Below, piece after piece: positions 40,425 to 51,066 of a DNA stretch of 64,000 nt. Below the pieces are notes generated by a model. That model was not told where the DNA came from. It searched no databases and saw only the letters and a list, made by a program, of their open reading frames with translations. Made by a program: the position numbers and the translations under genes. Every line of letters begins with the position of its first letter. Within the stretch, counting starts at the first letter, position 1. Source of the DNA: a virus. The DNA lies in IMG/VR virus record IMGVR_UViG_3300022908_000001, positions 1 through 64,000 of that record. One strand, 5' to 3'.

Positions 40425-41070
40425 AATACAACTTACTCCCCAAAACCTCCTTATTGAATATCTTCTCGTTCTCCCGTATATGGGACTCCTTTTCCTCCTT
40501 GCTCATCGAGTGCTCTTTCACGTACCCATGCTTCTCAGCGCCGCTCTGATCTAAATCCCAAGCGTAAATATACTCTTCCCATCCATTAAGACTGACATAC
40601 CAAGCCGGGGTTAATCCTGCCATCCTTATCCGGTGCGAATAGGCAACGTGCTCGTAACCGTATTTGCCATAAGCCGGGTTGATATACCCCACGGTTTCCA
40701 CGACCTTTCGGGTCAGGAATAGCATGCATCCTGTTCCGGTTAAATAGCAGGACACATCCTCGTTTCCTGACTGGTATAGTGAATTGACTGGATTGCAAAG
40801 AACGAAATGCTGTATGCCTGTTTTTAGGCAGCCATCGATAAAGAATTTCTCCCAGCCTTTTTTTATGGGGAAGGTATCGTCGTCGAAGATGAATAGGTAT
40901 TGCGCACCGGAATCGTAAAGTTGCTTTATAAGTACATTCTTATCATGTGATACAGATATTTGATCTGAATTTATAAAAAAAAGATTATCAGTAATACTAA
41001 ACCTGTCGTAAGTTTGTATTAAATCATTGGTTATACACGGTGCGGTCACTCCGACTCCTATTTTGCTCAT
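40390..41070 (-). CDS. GT-A fold glycosyltransferase (GT2-like)
   Basis: YLFIFDDDTFP, VGYINPAYGKYGYEH. Confidence 0.8.
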   Translation of the reverse strand: MSKIGVGVTAPCITNDLIQTYDRFSITDNLFFINSDQISVSHDKNVLIKQLYDSGAQYLFIFDDDTFPIKKGWEKFFIDGCLKTGIQHFVLCNPVNSLYQSGNEDVSCYLTGTGCMLFLTRKVVETVGYINPAYGKYGYEHVAYSHRIRMAGLTPAWYVSLNGWEEYIYAWDLDQSGAEKHGYVKEHSMSKEEKESHIRENEKIFNKEVLGSKLYYGYDASTEPTH

Positions 41071-41702
41071 GGCTTTATAAATATAATATTTTCTGCGTTT
41101 ATCAAGCCAATCCCCATCCTATAACCCTTACAGTGCTCAACAAATCTTTGCAGTAGTGCTCTGTCGCTGTTCCATTCAATGCACAACACTTTGCAACCAA
41201 TATCATCTAAATCCATCTGTTTTAGTATGATTTCATCAAAACCTTCAGCGTCAATCGATATAAAATCAAACCGAACCTGCTTATTATATCTTTCGCATAA
41301 ATCATGGTAAAAATCAGTCCACGACTTGATGTATATCGACGTTTTTTTGAACTTTACATCAGGCCAACGTTTGGTTTCTTCGAAATTAACCGTGCTAACC
41401 AGTCCCCTGTCTTCGCCATTTGGTACGTGGGCTTCCGATTCATAAAAATCAGCATCCCCCGTTTTGTCACCAATTCCTAAATTGAATGTGCGGACATTTT
41501 TATTTTTAAGATGTAATTTATGAAGGTCTTTATACGTTTCACCCGGCTCCACCAAAACGGCTGACCAATTATTGTCTATAAGTAATTTTGAATTACTTAA
41601 GTCGATGCCATTATTGCTACCAATTTCGAGCAAATTACCCACATACCCATTGAAATAGTCGAGTACGAAAAGGTCTTCTTTATTTTGAGAATATGTATTC
41701 AT
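41067..41702 (-). CDS. FkbM-family methyltransferase
   Basis: YSQNKED, LLEIGSNNG, LVEP, DFISIDAEGFD, LCIEW. Confidence 0.9.
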   Translation of the reverse strand: MNTYSQNKEDLFVLDYFNGYVGNLLEIGSNNGIDLSNSKLLIDNNWSAVLVEPGETYKDLHKLHLKNKNVRTFNLGIGDKTGDADFYESEAHVPNGEDRGLVSTVNFEETKRWPDVKFKKTSIYIKSWTDFYHDLCERYNKQVRFDFISIDAEGFDEIILKQMDLDDIGCKVLCIEWNSDRALLQRFVEHCKGYRMGIGLINAENIIFIKP

Positions 41703-42249
41703 TGTAAATCTGGTTAAATGTTTCCTCTTCTATAAATGGCTTATCAATAACCTTTCGCAATACAGCGGATACGTTCCACCCATCGGTTATATTTCCCATA
41801 GCTGGTTCTTGCTTATTCTCAAGTATTTCATATTCCATAAATGTACTAAGCATTACATAGAAATCGTTGGTAAAATAATGCTGCCCATGCCCCGGCCAAT
41901 TACCTGTCATTGGATTTTCGTGGATCATTATCCCATCAATAACGCAGGCGTTGTGTATATTCTTGAATGGGATATACAGCGAACCGTCTATGTGCTCCAG
42001 TGTTCCTTCGTTGGTTACGATGTCAAACCCTCCGTATGGTTGCAGTTCACGCAAATCACCATACACGCACTTCTGGTGCTCAATTATATCAACCGAGATG
42101 TGTTCGATTGATATAGCTTCAAAGTAATCCTTAGCTATCCATCCATAATGTTCGATATCGTATAGGTTTTGTGCCCCTAATTCCAACATTTTCATGTGTG
42201 GTTTAAGGTAGCGGCTGATACGTTCGAGTGAAAGTGAGGTTATGCCCAT
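41680..42249 (-). CDS. Class I SAM-dependent methyltransferase
   Basis: MLELGAQ, FDIVTNEGTLEHI. Confidence 0.85.
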   Translation of the reverse strand: MGITSLSLERISRYLKPHMKMLELGAQNLYDIEHYGWIAKDYFEAISIEHISVDIIEHQKCVYGDLRELQPYGGFDIVTNEGTLEHIDGSLYIPFKNIHNACVIDGIMIHENPMTGNWPGHGQHYFTNDFYVMLSTFMEYEILENKQEPAMGNITDGWNVSAVLRKVIDKPFIEEETFNQIYNEYIFSK

Positions 42250-42251
42250 AT

Positions 42252-42434
42252 TTAGTCAGTTAAATCTTCCTTCATCTTATCGTAGTCATCGCCAATTTCT
42301 TTTAGTTTTTTAAAGGTATATGGCTCATCCTGTTCAGTAATCGACCCTCCTAAAGTGGCTACGTCCTTTACTATAGCTATTGGAGTTTCTATAACATCCA
42401 GTGCCAGTTTTGTTAATTGTCCAAAAAATCCCAT
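42252..42434 (-). CDS. Small hypothetical protein
   Basis: 60-aa ORF within the operon. Confidence 0.55.
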   Translation of the reverse strand: MGFFGQLTKLALDVIETPIAIVKDVATLGGSITEQDEPYTFKKLKEIGDDYDKMKEDLTD

Positions 42435-42455
42435 AATTATATATTTTAAATTAGT

Positions 42456-43142
42456 CTACCCCTGCGCTTGTATTAAAATAGTTTCATTCTTCCTTTCACT
42501 ACCCGGCGCCGCATACTCCAGCCACTCATCGCCCCGTTTAGCCAAGTGACCCAACCCCATCAGGTAAACCAGCGCACTTGAGTTACTCATATCGTGGCGG
42601 CTACCCTTGCACCGATCATCCGCACTGCATTCCCCATTCGTATTCGTCCAACTTCCCTTGAACATCCCGTCACGCATCGATTTCTCCCACGCGATAAAGA
42701 ATGCCTGCGCTGCGGGATGCGTGAAGTCAAAACCCAGCATCCCCGCATTCCCTATCATACCAACCTTCATTGCTTCATCACGGCTGATACCCCAGTAATT
42801 TAACTGCGCATCAGTGCTCCAAGTCCCTAAGTAGTGGCCCGCTTCCTGGAATATAAAGCCGTCACGTTCAATTGACTCAAATATAGGGGATAAGTCGGCC
42901 ACAGCGAAGCAACTCGAATCCAACCATAACACACTGGTGTAGCCAGCCTCAATAGCATGCTGTATGCATACCACTTTAAACCCGTATGGAACGTTGATGT
43001 GAAGCGGCGAACCTATACTCTCCTCTCCAATAAACCCCAAGAAGTCACCATCGAACCTGCCGACCAATGACTCCTCTAACCGTGCTAAATTCTCACGATA
43101 TCTTCCGGTTCCATTTGCAAAACTTACAATCGCTCTATCCAT
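42456..43142 (-). CDS. Putative nucleotide-sugar transferase (GT-A like)
   Basis: YGFKV...VLWLDSS, RHDMS; likely start MDRAIVSFA at 43142. Confidence 0.7.
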   Translation of the reverse strand: MDRAIVSFANGTGRYRENLARLEESLVGRFDGDFLGFIGEESIGSPLHINVPYGFKVVCIQHAIEAGYTSVLWLDSSCFAVADLSPIFESIERDGFIFQEAGHYLGTWSTDAQLNYWGISRDEAMKVGMIGNAGMLGFDFTHPAAQAFFIAWEKSMRDGMFKGSWTNTNGECSADDRCKGSRHDMSNSSALVYLMGLGHLAKRGDEWLEYAAPGSERKNETILIQAQG

Positions 43143-43773
43143 TTGGGTTTGTCCACGCTTCGTTGCTTTCGGTCGAAGCCTCCGTTTTATCAATGTCAAA
43201 ATTATATTTGAATAACACCTTGTCGATATGCACCTCCGTAATGGACTCTGTCAGGCATTGCTGTACGAAACTCCAATCCTCGGCGTAGCTTATATCTGCG
43301 AATTTAAATTTCCTGAACTTACCATTCCAAGCACAGTTTGGAAATGGCGGACGCCTGCAATCCAAATACCTTCCGTCCTGCGTATTATGCTCAACATCAC
43401 TGCCCAACCGCTGCGTAACAATGTAGGTGCTCCCGTCAGCATTGCGGCACTCCGCCTTAAAATCTATCACATCAACATCAGAACCAGTAACCTCGTATAT
43501 CTCCTGCAAAGATAGCAATTCGTCATCGTCATGCAGGAAACAGAAGTACTTGCCCCTACTTGCATTCATCAGGTGGTTGCACTTCTCGCCTATACTCATG
43601 ATCTTGTTATCAGTAAGCATCAGTATCTCCACACTCATACCCGAAGACAGTTCAAGCAAACGTTCGTACAACGCAGCAGCCTGCACCAACCTTGAAGGGA
43701 TTGACGGTATCAGTATCGATAACCTTATCTCACTTATATGAGCGAAAATCATAATAGTACATTTGTGGTTCAA
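43135..43773 (-). CDS. GT2 glycosyltransferase
   Basis: LSILIPS, GEKCN...ASRGKYFCFLHDDD, YAEDW. Confidence 0.85.
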   Translation of the reverse strand: MNHKCTIMIFAHISEIRLSILIPSIPSRLVQAAALYERLLELSSGMSVEILMLTDNKIMSIGEKCNHLMNASRGKYFCFLHDDDELLSLQEIYEVTGSDVDVIDFKAECRNADGSTYIVTQRLGSDVEHNTQDGRYLDCRRPPFPNCAWNGKFRKFKFADISYAEDWSFVQQCLTESITEVHIDKVLFKYNFDIDKTEASTESNEAWTNPNG

Positions 43774-44944
43774 TCAATACTTCTGTTTTCAATAACGGCA
43801 ACAGCCTGTGCGAGAAATCGGCATCCTCACCATGCGATATTTCCGGGAACCTTACCATAAGCGCCAGTTCCCTGCGCACCGGACTAATGTGGTTTGGCGT
43901 CCTGTATAACACACCATCCTTCTCAAACCAATGACCGTACTCTTTAGATATATACCACTTCCGAAAGTTCCAGCCATCAGTGCTTACCGTACCGTTGATG
44001 CCAATGCAGTCTGGTTTCGACCCGATAGAGGCAAGTATCTGCGCCACGTAATACTCAGGCACTTTATCATCATCATCAACGAAAACAACATACTCTCCCT
44101 TAGCCGCTTCAAGCAGGCTGTTACGCTTCTTGCCTATACAATCGATTTCATCCGAGTCCATCAGTATCTCAACGGCGTAGGTTTTCTGAGCTACTAAAGT
44201 AGCCAGTAGGGGTGCGAGTTGTTGTGCCCGTGATTTGGTTGTGGCAATCAGGATTGATAGCAACACTTCACACGAAGGGTGCCATTCCAAACTTTCGTAT
44301 GAGTTTACCGGGTCAGCAATACCAAACCCTTCCACCAGCCTGCTTTCAAATAACAAACGTCCCTGTTCCTGTGTCAAATCATTCCGCTCGTTTATTTCAT
44401 CCTTCTGCGTTTTTCCAGTTGTGTGGTGCAAATGCGGAAACTCCAGATTAGAATATATCAACCGCCCGGTCATATGCGCAACGGCGGTCAGGTCGGTGTC
44501 TGCGTACAAGTGCTTATAGCCTGGGTGGTAAATATATCCATACCGCTCATACCAAACCCGGTCAACAACCGGAAGTGTTACAAGGGTGGGCTGGATACCG
44601 TCACGGGTTTTTAGGACGAAGTCTGATTTGCCGGATAGTTCAGATAATAATCTTTCATCCCAACCATACTCACCGCAATCAAAATCATCACTAACAACGA
44701 TTAGTATCTCTCCTGTAGCGTGTTTTGCAGCATTATTAATAGCCTCAATGGCTGATTTGTTTGGTAATCTTATAGCTGGCGTGTCTTTAGATATGGTTTC
44801 ATCGTCAGTATCAACGCTCATTAGGTATTGGATATTTTCGGGGTATTTCGCCTTACAAATCCACCTTTTATTTGTAGCGAGCATTTGCTGTGGCCTGCCT
44901 CGGGATGGATGTATTATAGTTATGCTTTTCATTGACTTAGCCAT
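43730..44944 (-). CDS. Two-domain GT2 glycosyltransferase
   Basis: Domain 1 HPSRGRP...ATGEILIVVSDD; domain 2 LSILIAT...AKGEYVVFVDDDD...GEDADF. Confidence 0.88.
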   Translation of the reverse strand: MAKSMKSITIIHPSRGRPQQMLATNKRWICKAKYPENIQYLMSVDTDDETISKDTPAIRLPNKSAIEAINNAAKHATGEILIVVSDDFDCGEYGWDERLLSELSGKSDFVLKTRDGIQPTLVTLPVVDRVWYERYGYIYHPGYKHLYADTDLTAVAHMTGRLIYSNLEFPHLHHTTGKTQKDEINERNDLTQEQGRLLFESRLVEGFGIADPVNSYESLEWHPSCEVLLSILIATTKSRAQQLAPLLATLVAQKTYAVEILMDSDEIDCIGKKRNSLLEAAKGEYVVFVDDDDKVPEYYVAQILASIGSKPDCIGINGTVSTDGWNFRKWYISKEYGHWFEKDGVLYRTPNHISPVRRELALMVRFPEISHGEDADFSHRLLPLLKTEVLIEPQMYYYDFRSYK

Positions 44945-45312
44945 TTCTGTATCTTCTCCGTATTATCCATCAACTCAGCCAGATTCTTATTCGGTAAGGT
45001 AGCGGCTATTTTAGCGGCTTCGAGGCGGGATGGTAGAACCAAAAATCCCTGTTCGTTAAAATCCTTCATAAGTTGTTCGGGTGATTTGCCAATCTTTACA
45101 AGATCGGTATACCTCAATATAGCGCCTGCCTTATCTTCTTTAGGATGAAGCGCGCATGTTTCTTTACATAGCAATATGTTAGGTGCTGTCAACTCAATAC
45201 CCATATCCTGCATAATGCCCTCCAGTTCATTATCTATCAAAACACGTGTGCCACTTTCGTAAACCCTTACCAATCCCTTACTTGATTCTTCGAGTGTGAA
45301 GTTTTCTGTCAT
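44929..45312 (-). CDS. Hypothetical protein
   Basis: Likely start MTENFTLEE. Confidence 0.5.
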   Translation of the reverse strand: MTENFTLEESSKGLVRVYESGTRVLIDNELEGIMQDMGIELTAPNILLCKETCALHPKEDKAGAILRYTDLVKIGKSPEQLMKDFNEQGFLVLPSRLEAAKIAATLPNKNLAELMDNTEKIQKWLSQ

Positions 45313-45375
45313 AATAATGTAAAAAATACCGGCAACCCAAAATGAGATATTAAGCGCAAACGAAATATTGGACAA

Positions 45376-45567
45376 TCAGGGTGTACCGGTAAAATCTTTA
45401 TGTTGGTCGTCCATTATCGTTTGCTCCCCAAGTATCGGAACAATATTTGGCTTTACCAAATTTGTGAATACTTTTTTCTCCGGCCCCACCGCAACGGGCA
45501 CACGCACTGCCTGCACCCTACCCTTCACGCACGCAGCGGCTTCTTCTAAGAGGACTTTGTAGTTCAT
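45376..45567 (-). CDS. First gene of the leftward late operon, hypothetical
   Basis: TATCTTTA just upstream at about 45573-45580. Confidence 0.5.
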   Translation of the reverse strand: MNYKVLLEEAAACVKGRVQAVRVPVAVGPEKKVFTNLVKPNIVPILGEQTIMDDQHKDFTGTP

Positions 45568-45821
45568 GGGTGTAAAGATACCACTTAGGTTGTAAAGTTG
45601 GCTTATTTTTGATTTTGGGTGTGTAGATGTGATATGGGTGCAGCCACCTATAGACGGGTGGGGTAGATCCGTGTGTGAAAAGTGCGTTTACTGAACCGGC
45701 GTACCCTCAAATATTTTCAAAAGCATTCCGGATAAAGGATGCTGTTGTGAGGCCGATAGGACATAGGGAAGCTATTCTAACAACTACTTGATAATTATAG
45801 TATTAATACATATATTGTGTT

Positions 45822-46163
45822 ATGAATAGAATAACATCTTGTATCTACATGATACTGTTTGACAACAATATGTGTTATATTGGCAAATCAGATGCACCAT
45901 ATTTAAGATTTTATAAGCATATCTCATTACTAAAATCTAACAGGCATGGTAATAGAATAATGCAACAAGCTTATAATGAAGGTCACTTTAAATCTATTGA
46001 TTTTGCTGTTGTTAGAGAGGTTGATAGAGATGTTGTAAGCGACTGGGAGAAGTTTTATATATTCCTTTATAACAAAACAGCCTATAATATTATGTGCAAT
46101 AGGAATTATAAAAAGACTGGAAAATCTGAAAGATACATGAACAATAAAGTAGAATTAGTATAA
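45822..46163 (+). CDS. GIY-YIG endonuclease
   Basis: CIYMILFDNNMCYIGKS...R...H, EKFYI, YNI. Confidence 0.8.
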   Translation: MNRITSCIYMILFDNNMCYIGKSDAPYLRFYKHISLLKSNRHGNRIMQQAYNEGHFKSIDFAVVREVDRDVVSDWEKFYIFLYNKTAYNIMCNRNYKKTGKSERYMNNKVELV

Positions 46164-46294
46164 CTTTTTGGGAATAAGTATTATAGGCAATAATCAATCT
46201 CATAAGTTATCTTATGTATACTAAACTTTGTTTACATATACTAAACCCTCCTACCCTACCCATATTGTGAAAACTGTTTATATTTGGTAGCTAT

Positions 46295-46663
46295 ATGCCA
46301 GTCAACAACCAACTATTACACACTATTTGCCGCTCAAGGCTAATCGATAGGAACCTGATAGCTAAATATATCCCGCACAAAGCTAATAAGAGGCCGTCAC
46401 GAGCATTAGATGTATTACTGATAGTCTACTGTCACCCAAACAAAACAATGTCTTATATCAAGGCTTTGCAGCATAATAAGAGCGATACAATATCAGATCA
46501 TGTTAATAGCTTGGTTCAGCTTGGTTATTTAAGTAAGAAAAACCGGCAAAGATTTGTCCCGCAAATAAATTGCTGGAAGGGTGAATTTGTTTACAATGTC
46601 ACAAAACACGGTCAAGACGTTCTAAACGCTGTTTTTGGATCAGTTGGAGAGGGGAAATACTGA
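46295..46663 (+). CDS. Winged-helix (MarR-like) DNA-binding protein
   Basis: TISDHVNSLVQLGYL...YNVTKHGQDVL; TATATTTG at 46279-46286. Confidence 0.7.
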   Translation: MPVNNQLLHTICRSRLIDRNLIAKYIPHKANKRPSRALDVLLIVYCHPNKTMSYIKALQHNKSDTISDHVNSLVQLGYLSKKNRQRFVPQINCWKGEFVYNVTKHGQDVLNAVFGSVGEGKY

Positions 46664-46899
46664 GATAGATAACCGTTCGGTTACATAATATCCCTTATTA
46701 AGTATCATTTATTGTAGCCATTTGACTACCTATTGCACCGCGCGTACACGTGAGAGGGGAAAAGTGTGTAATTTTTTCTAACTGATAATCAACGTGTTAT
46801 AAATAAATGTATATTTATTGTATATTTTATTTGTATATATCATATATCTACCTTATACTTGTATTGTCAAATGGATGACGAATTAAAAACTTAGCAGTT

Positions 46900-47229
46900 A
46901 TGAAAGCCTTACCAATCCTAACCACAGTAAACTACAATTTAGCTAACGAATCATACAGCGCAACACGTCACGACATTAATACACGCATTACTTTCCGCGG
47001 CTCTCATTGCGGCTTGCATGGATGTCATATAAATACATTCAGCGATCCACTTTGGTACTTAGGATCATTCACTAAGGCTCAAAGGCTCGAAAACTACACC
47101 AATGGTATGTTAGAGCAACTTGAGCGCCCATTCCATTTTACAGATGAAGAATGGGCTCAATTTGAGCATGATTACGCATCTGAAATACATTCAGAGCGCT
47201 GTCTTGCACGCGAAATGGCAAACTATTAA
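46900..47229 (+). CDS. Early hypothetical protein
   Basis: Follows an AT-rich promoter region containing TATACTTG. Confidence 0.6.
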   Translation: MKALPILTTVNYNLANESYSATRHDINTRITFRGSHCGLHGCHINTFSDPLWYLGSFTKAQRLENYTNGMLEQLERPFHFTDEEWAQFEHDYASEIHSERCLAREMANY

Positions 47230-47316
47230 GCAACTCTAAGTTCTGCTAAGTCTTAGCAGTCTGCCAGCGCATACCTCACAAGGGTTGCGCTTAAGGCAGT
47301 AAAAGACCACAACAAA

Positions 47317-47526
47317 ATGACTAACAACGAAAAAGTACAAAAGAATATTCACCTCACAGACGAGGTAATATCAGGGCTAAAGGATTTATCTTTGAAAGAG
47401 GATAGAACATTGAAGGCCTTTATCGAACGTGAACTAATCGCAATGGCTGCAAAGGGTGTGAGCTACCTCGACCTTTACACCCAATACGAACGCACAGCAC
47501 AAAAGTTGAGGGAGATATTAGAATGA
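47317..47526 (+). CDS. Ribbon-helix-helix DNA-binding protein
   Basis: KNIHLTDEVISGLKDLSLKEDRTLKAFIEREL. Confidence 0.65.
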   Translation: MTNNEKVQKNIHLTDEVISGLKDLSLKEDRTLKAFIERELIAMAAKGVSYLDLYTQYERTAQKLREILE

Positions 47527-50377
47527 GAATAATAGACAACACCCCAAACGGGATAGCAAAAGCTTCGATATTAAAATACCAAGAAGCAGACCGCAAGAGT
47601 AGGGTAATGATGCTGAAATTTGTAAATGAGCAACTAAATTTCTTTTTTCAGTATAATGACGATCAAGTGAAAGCGGCTCATATATTCTTAAAACTAACTA
47701 ACCACATTTAAAAACATACGAAGATGAAAACAGATTACAACGGGTGGAAAAACCGCCAGACATGGAACGTAGCTTTACACATTGGTAATGATTATAGCCT
47801 ATACAAATCAGCAGTTGAGTTTGTAAAGAATATCGGCGATCAAAACCATAACAAGCTATATATGAAGTTTGTTAAACATATCGGCTTGCGTGGCGAACGC
47901 ACACCTGATAATATTGCATACGATGGCAGCCGCTTAGACTACAAGGCACTGAATGAATTTATGCGTGACATTATTAACTAACCCCATCACAACCAAATAA
48001 AAGAGAGATTATGAAAAAGTACATCATCGCACAAGACAAACAGGGTAAGTTTATTGTATTCGCTACCATATCAGACCTTAGGGATGAACTGGACAATATT
48101 AAATCATGGTTAAGTATCAGGGCTGACTCGATAGAAGAGGCGATAGATAGGTTTCCAGAAATTGAGGCTAAGTATGATAAGATCAATAAGGCGGACAGCC
48201 TGAAACATATCATAGACCTGTCTTAACCACCGCAGAGTCAGTTAATAAATTATGTAAATAAGAGGAGAAAATGAAAATAAAAAAATCACTATGGCAGCAC
48301 GAAATGGAGTTAGAAACGCTCATTATTGTATATAAAAAAATGATAGAATGCCGGGATGATAAGGAAACGATAGAGAGGCAATGGCAGAAGATTTTAGATA
48401 AACATGAATTTATAAACTTAACTTACACAGCATAATGAACACACTAACAACACTACAGATCGACCTGCCAACTTTCTTACTAAGCATGGCACTGATCCAG
48501 GCACTCGCACACATCCTCCCCCTTGTTGACTGGAAAGAAGAAACGAGGGATTTGAGGGAATTGTTTACCACAAAATCAATTGAGAAGATATGAAAACCAA
48601 CGAACTACAAAAACTAAAAGAGCGCCAACTTGCCTACAATGCCAAGTGGAGCGAGGGTAAAAAACTATTAAGGATGTATAACTGTCCTTCATGTAACAAG
48701 CCTAACCAAACTCCAATGCCAACACGAAAAGATGTGTCAGGTAAGGGATATTGGGACAGCTTAACCACTTGTTACGAGTGTGGCGACTGCTACTTTGTGA
48801 TAAAGTATCCGAAGTCATTAATGTTACCTCATGGTAAAATACTGATCAGAACTATAGATGGAGTAGATCACGATGCCGACATTCAGGCAGAGAGCCAACC
48901 TAAATCGAATATCGATAAACTTGTAGATTTGCTATGAAAACATATCAAGCACCTCCGGTCAACAAACCTACACGAAAAGAAATCAAATTCTGGCAGGCAC
49001 AAGACAAATACGGTTGTGCCATTGAGAATAATAATTCAATAGCCATTCTCCGGGCTAAGTACGGAGCAAGTGTAATTTATAAAGCTATAAGATGAAAACA
49101 GACCACACAGAAGCGAAACCATTTATGGAAGCTATGAGTAAATCAGCCGATGCTGACAAGGTAGTGAAGTTATTTCAAGAATTGTGGAATGATTCTGCTA
49201 ATAATATGTACAATATAAGTAAATGGCAAGAAACATTTGTACTACTTTTAAATGTAGCAAAACCTACGAGACTTTAGCCATCCGCTAACATTTAACGCAA
49301 AAAAGGAAAGATTATGAAAAAGCTAATTAAGGATATGTCAGACGAGGAAGTCATGGACGTATATAAAACAAGGTCTGTAGCCGCCCAAAAAGATATACTA
49401 TACTTAGCATTGATTATAATAGTCGGCACCAACAAGACTCGTAATGAAGCTATAATTGAATCGGTAAAACATCTTTATATAGACTAACCATGCCAACCAA
49501 CCCAAATGAGCCGGTAAGCCCGGTGACAATAGATGTGAAGCTGACTATAAAAGAGGCGAAACGTATTGAAATGGCATTACGTGCTTTACCATACCCCATG
49601 TACGAAGAGCGGGTATTCAATAATATGCTGGCTGACAAGTTAGACGCCCTAATCAACGCACTTAATGAGAAAACGAAATGATAAACTGGACAGATTCAGC
49701 AGAAATACCCAAGCCTGCTACAGACGACAAATGGAGTCACGACAATGATCTAAGCAACCGGGTATTGGTGGCAAGTTATAATGGAAGGGATGGCGAGATT
49801 CAACCTGCAAGGTTTGCCCGGTATCACTTTAGGTTAAATTGGTGGAATATTGAAGGTATAACCGGAGGTAATTATATTGTTACGCATTATTCAGAGATTA
49901 ATATGCCGGATAACGCACTTAATCAGAAAGAGGGATGAAAAAACTAATCATAAACAATTGCAACCAATGCCCCCACTTCAAGGTGAGTGAGATACATGGC
50001 ATAGATGACTCATATAGGGCAACCTGTAACCATCCTGATATTGACAGTGTAGATTGGTCAGTCAAGCGTGGCAGAGACGCTTACATACCTTTATTCTGTC
50101 CATTGCCGGAGAATGTGGAACTTGACGAGTTTTTTAACCCTTAACCCCAAACAAGATGCAGAAAAGTAAAACCCATACAATCGTAGACAAGGCGCGTGCC
50201 AACATGCCAAGCCATCCTGTGGTCCGTATACATTCAGTATTCACAGGATACGTATATTACGATGTTAGTACCAATAAGAAGCATTGCCGAAATCCTATAC
50301 ATAGTGGAGTTACGGATTATAACAATCGGTATCTTGGAAGATACAGCGACCTTACAAATAGATACCTTGATTTTTAA
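47523..50377 (+). CDS. Array of small early hypothetical genes (47523, 47724, 48011, 48590, 49092, 49490, 49678, 49935, 50156)
   Basis: Co-oriented short ORFs. 47724 has YNGWKNRQTWNVAL, a pattern common in phage proteins; 48590 has a CxxC...CxxC zinc finger. Confidence 0.6.
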
Positions 50378-50405
50378 CCCCTACTAAATAAAGAGAGGAA
50401 GATAC

Positions 50406-50513
50406 GCAGAGGGTGGTGGAATTGGTAGACACACCCTGCAAGGTGAGGGAGGGTTCGATCCCCTCTGAAAAAACTGGGTGCACTCTTTGAAGGTTCGAGC
50501 CCTGCCCCTCTAC
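50406..50513 (+). ncRNA. tRNA-like RNA with an expanded anticodon arm containing a second T-loop hairpin
   Basis: Leu-type D arm GTGGAATTGGTAGACAC; T arm GAAGGTTCGAGCCCTGC; acceptor CAGAGGG/CCCTCTA; insert GAGGGTTCGATCCCCTC. Confidence 0.7.
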
Positions 50514-50516
50514 CCC

Positions 50517-50545
50517 GCCAGTCCCCTAACAAGACTGGCTTTTTT
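50517..50545 (+). terminator. Intrinsic terminator after the tRNA-like RNA
   Basis: GCCAGTC...GACTGGC TTTTTT. Confidence 0.8.
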
Positions 50546-50558
50546 AAAAACTAATAAT

Positions 50559-50798
50559 ATGAAAGTACGAATAACCCAATCAAGTAAACCATCATACTGG
50601 TACGCTGATAAAGTAGGACAAGAGTTCTACGTAACAGACCATGACCATAGAAGCTACAAGGTTACACCCGGTGGTCACTACATCCGCATGGTTGACTGTG
50701 ATATACTAAGCCATACCGAATTCGGCGATTCATATTGTGTTATACCTGCCAGCATCACCTACTTACTCAACAGGTTATTTAATGTGCTTGGTGGGTGA
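50559..50798 (+). CDS. Hypothetical protein
   Basis: Likely start MKVRITQ; YWYADKVG motif. Confidence 0.55.
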   Translation: MKVRITQSSKPSYWYADKVGQEFYVTDHDHRSYKVTPGGHYIRMVDCDILSHTEFGDSYCVIPASITYLLNRLFNVLGG

Positions 50799-51066
50799 CT
50801 GGCTTTTTTGTTTCAGGGAAGTTTTGTATATTTACCTCAATCCTATACGGCCAGCTATGTTTCGCAACTTCCTGATTGCCGTATCGCCAGAACGCTCAGG
50901 CTTAATGCCCTCGCTTCGGAAACCCGTTCAGAAATGTCCGGGTTTTTTTTGTGGGGTAGGTATAGGGGGAGAAATGGGATTATTAACGTGGAATATCATC
51001 GAATTTGACAAAATATATTATCCCTGTATTTAAAAGCGTACTTAAATTTAATTAGTAAATAGTAGA

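Noticed and set aside
43730-43773. Possible frameshift fusion of the two GT2 genes
   Set aside because: An in-frame ATG exists in the overlap and no slippery sequence is evident
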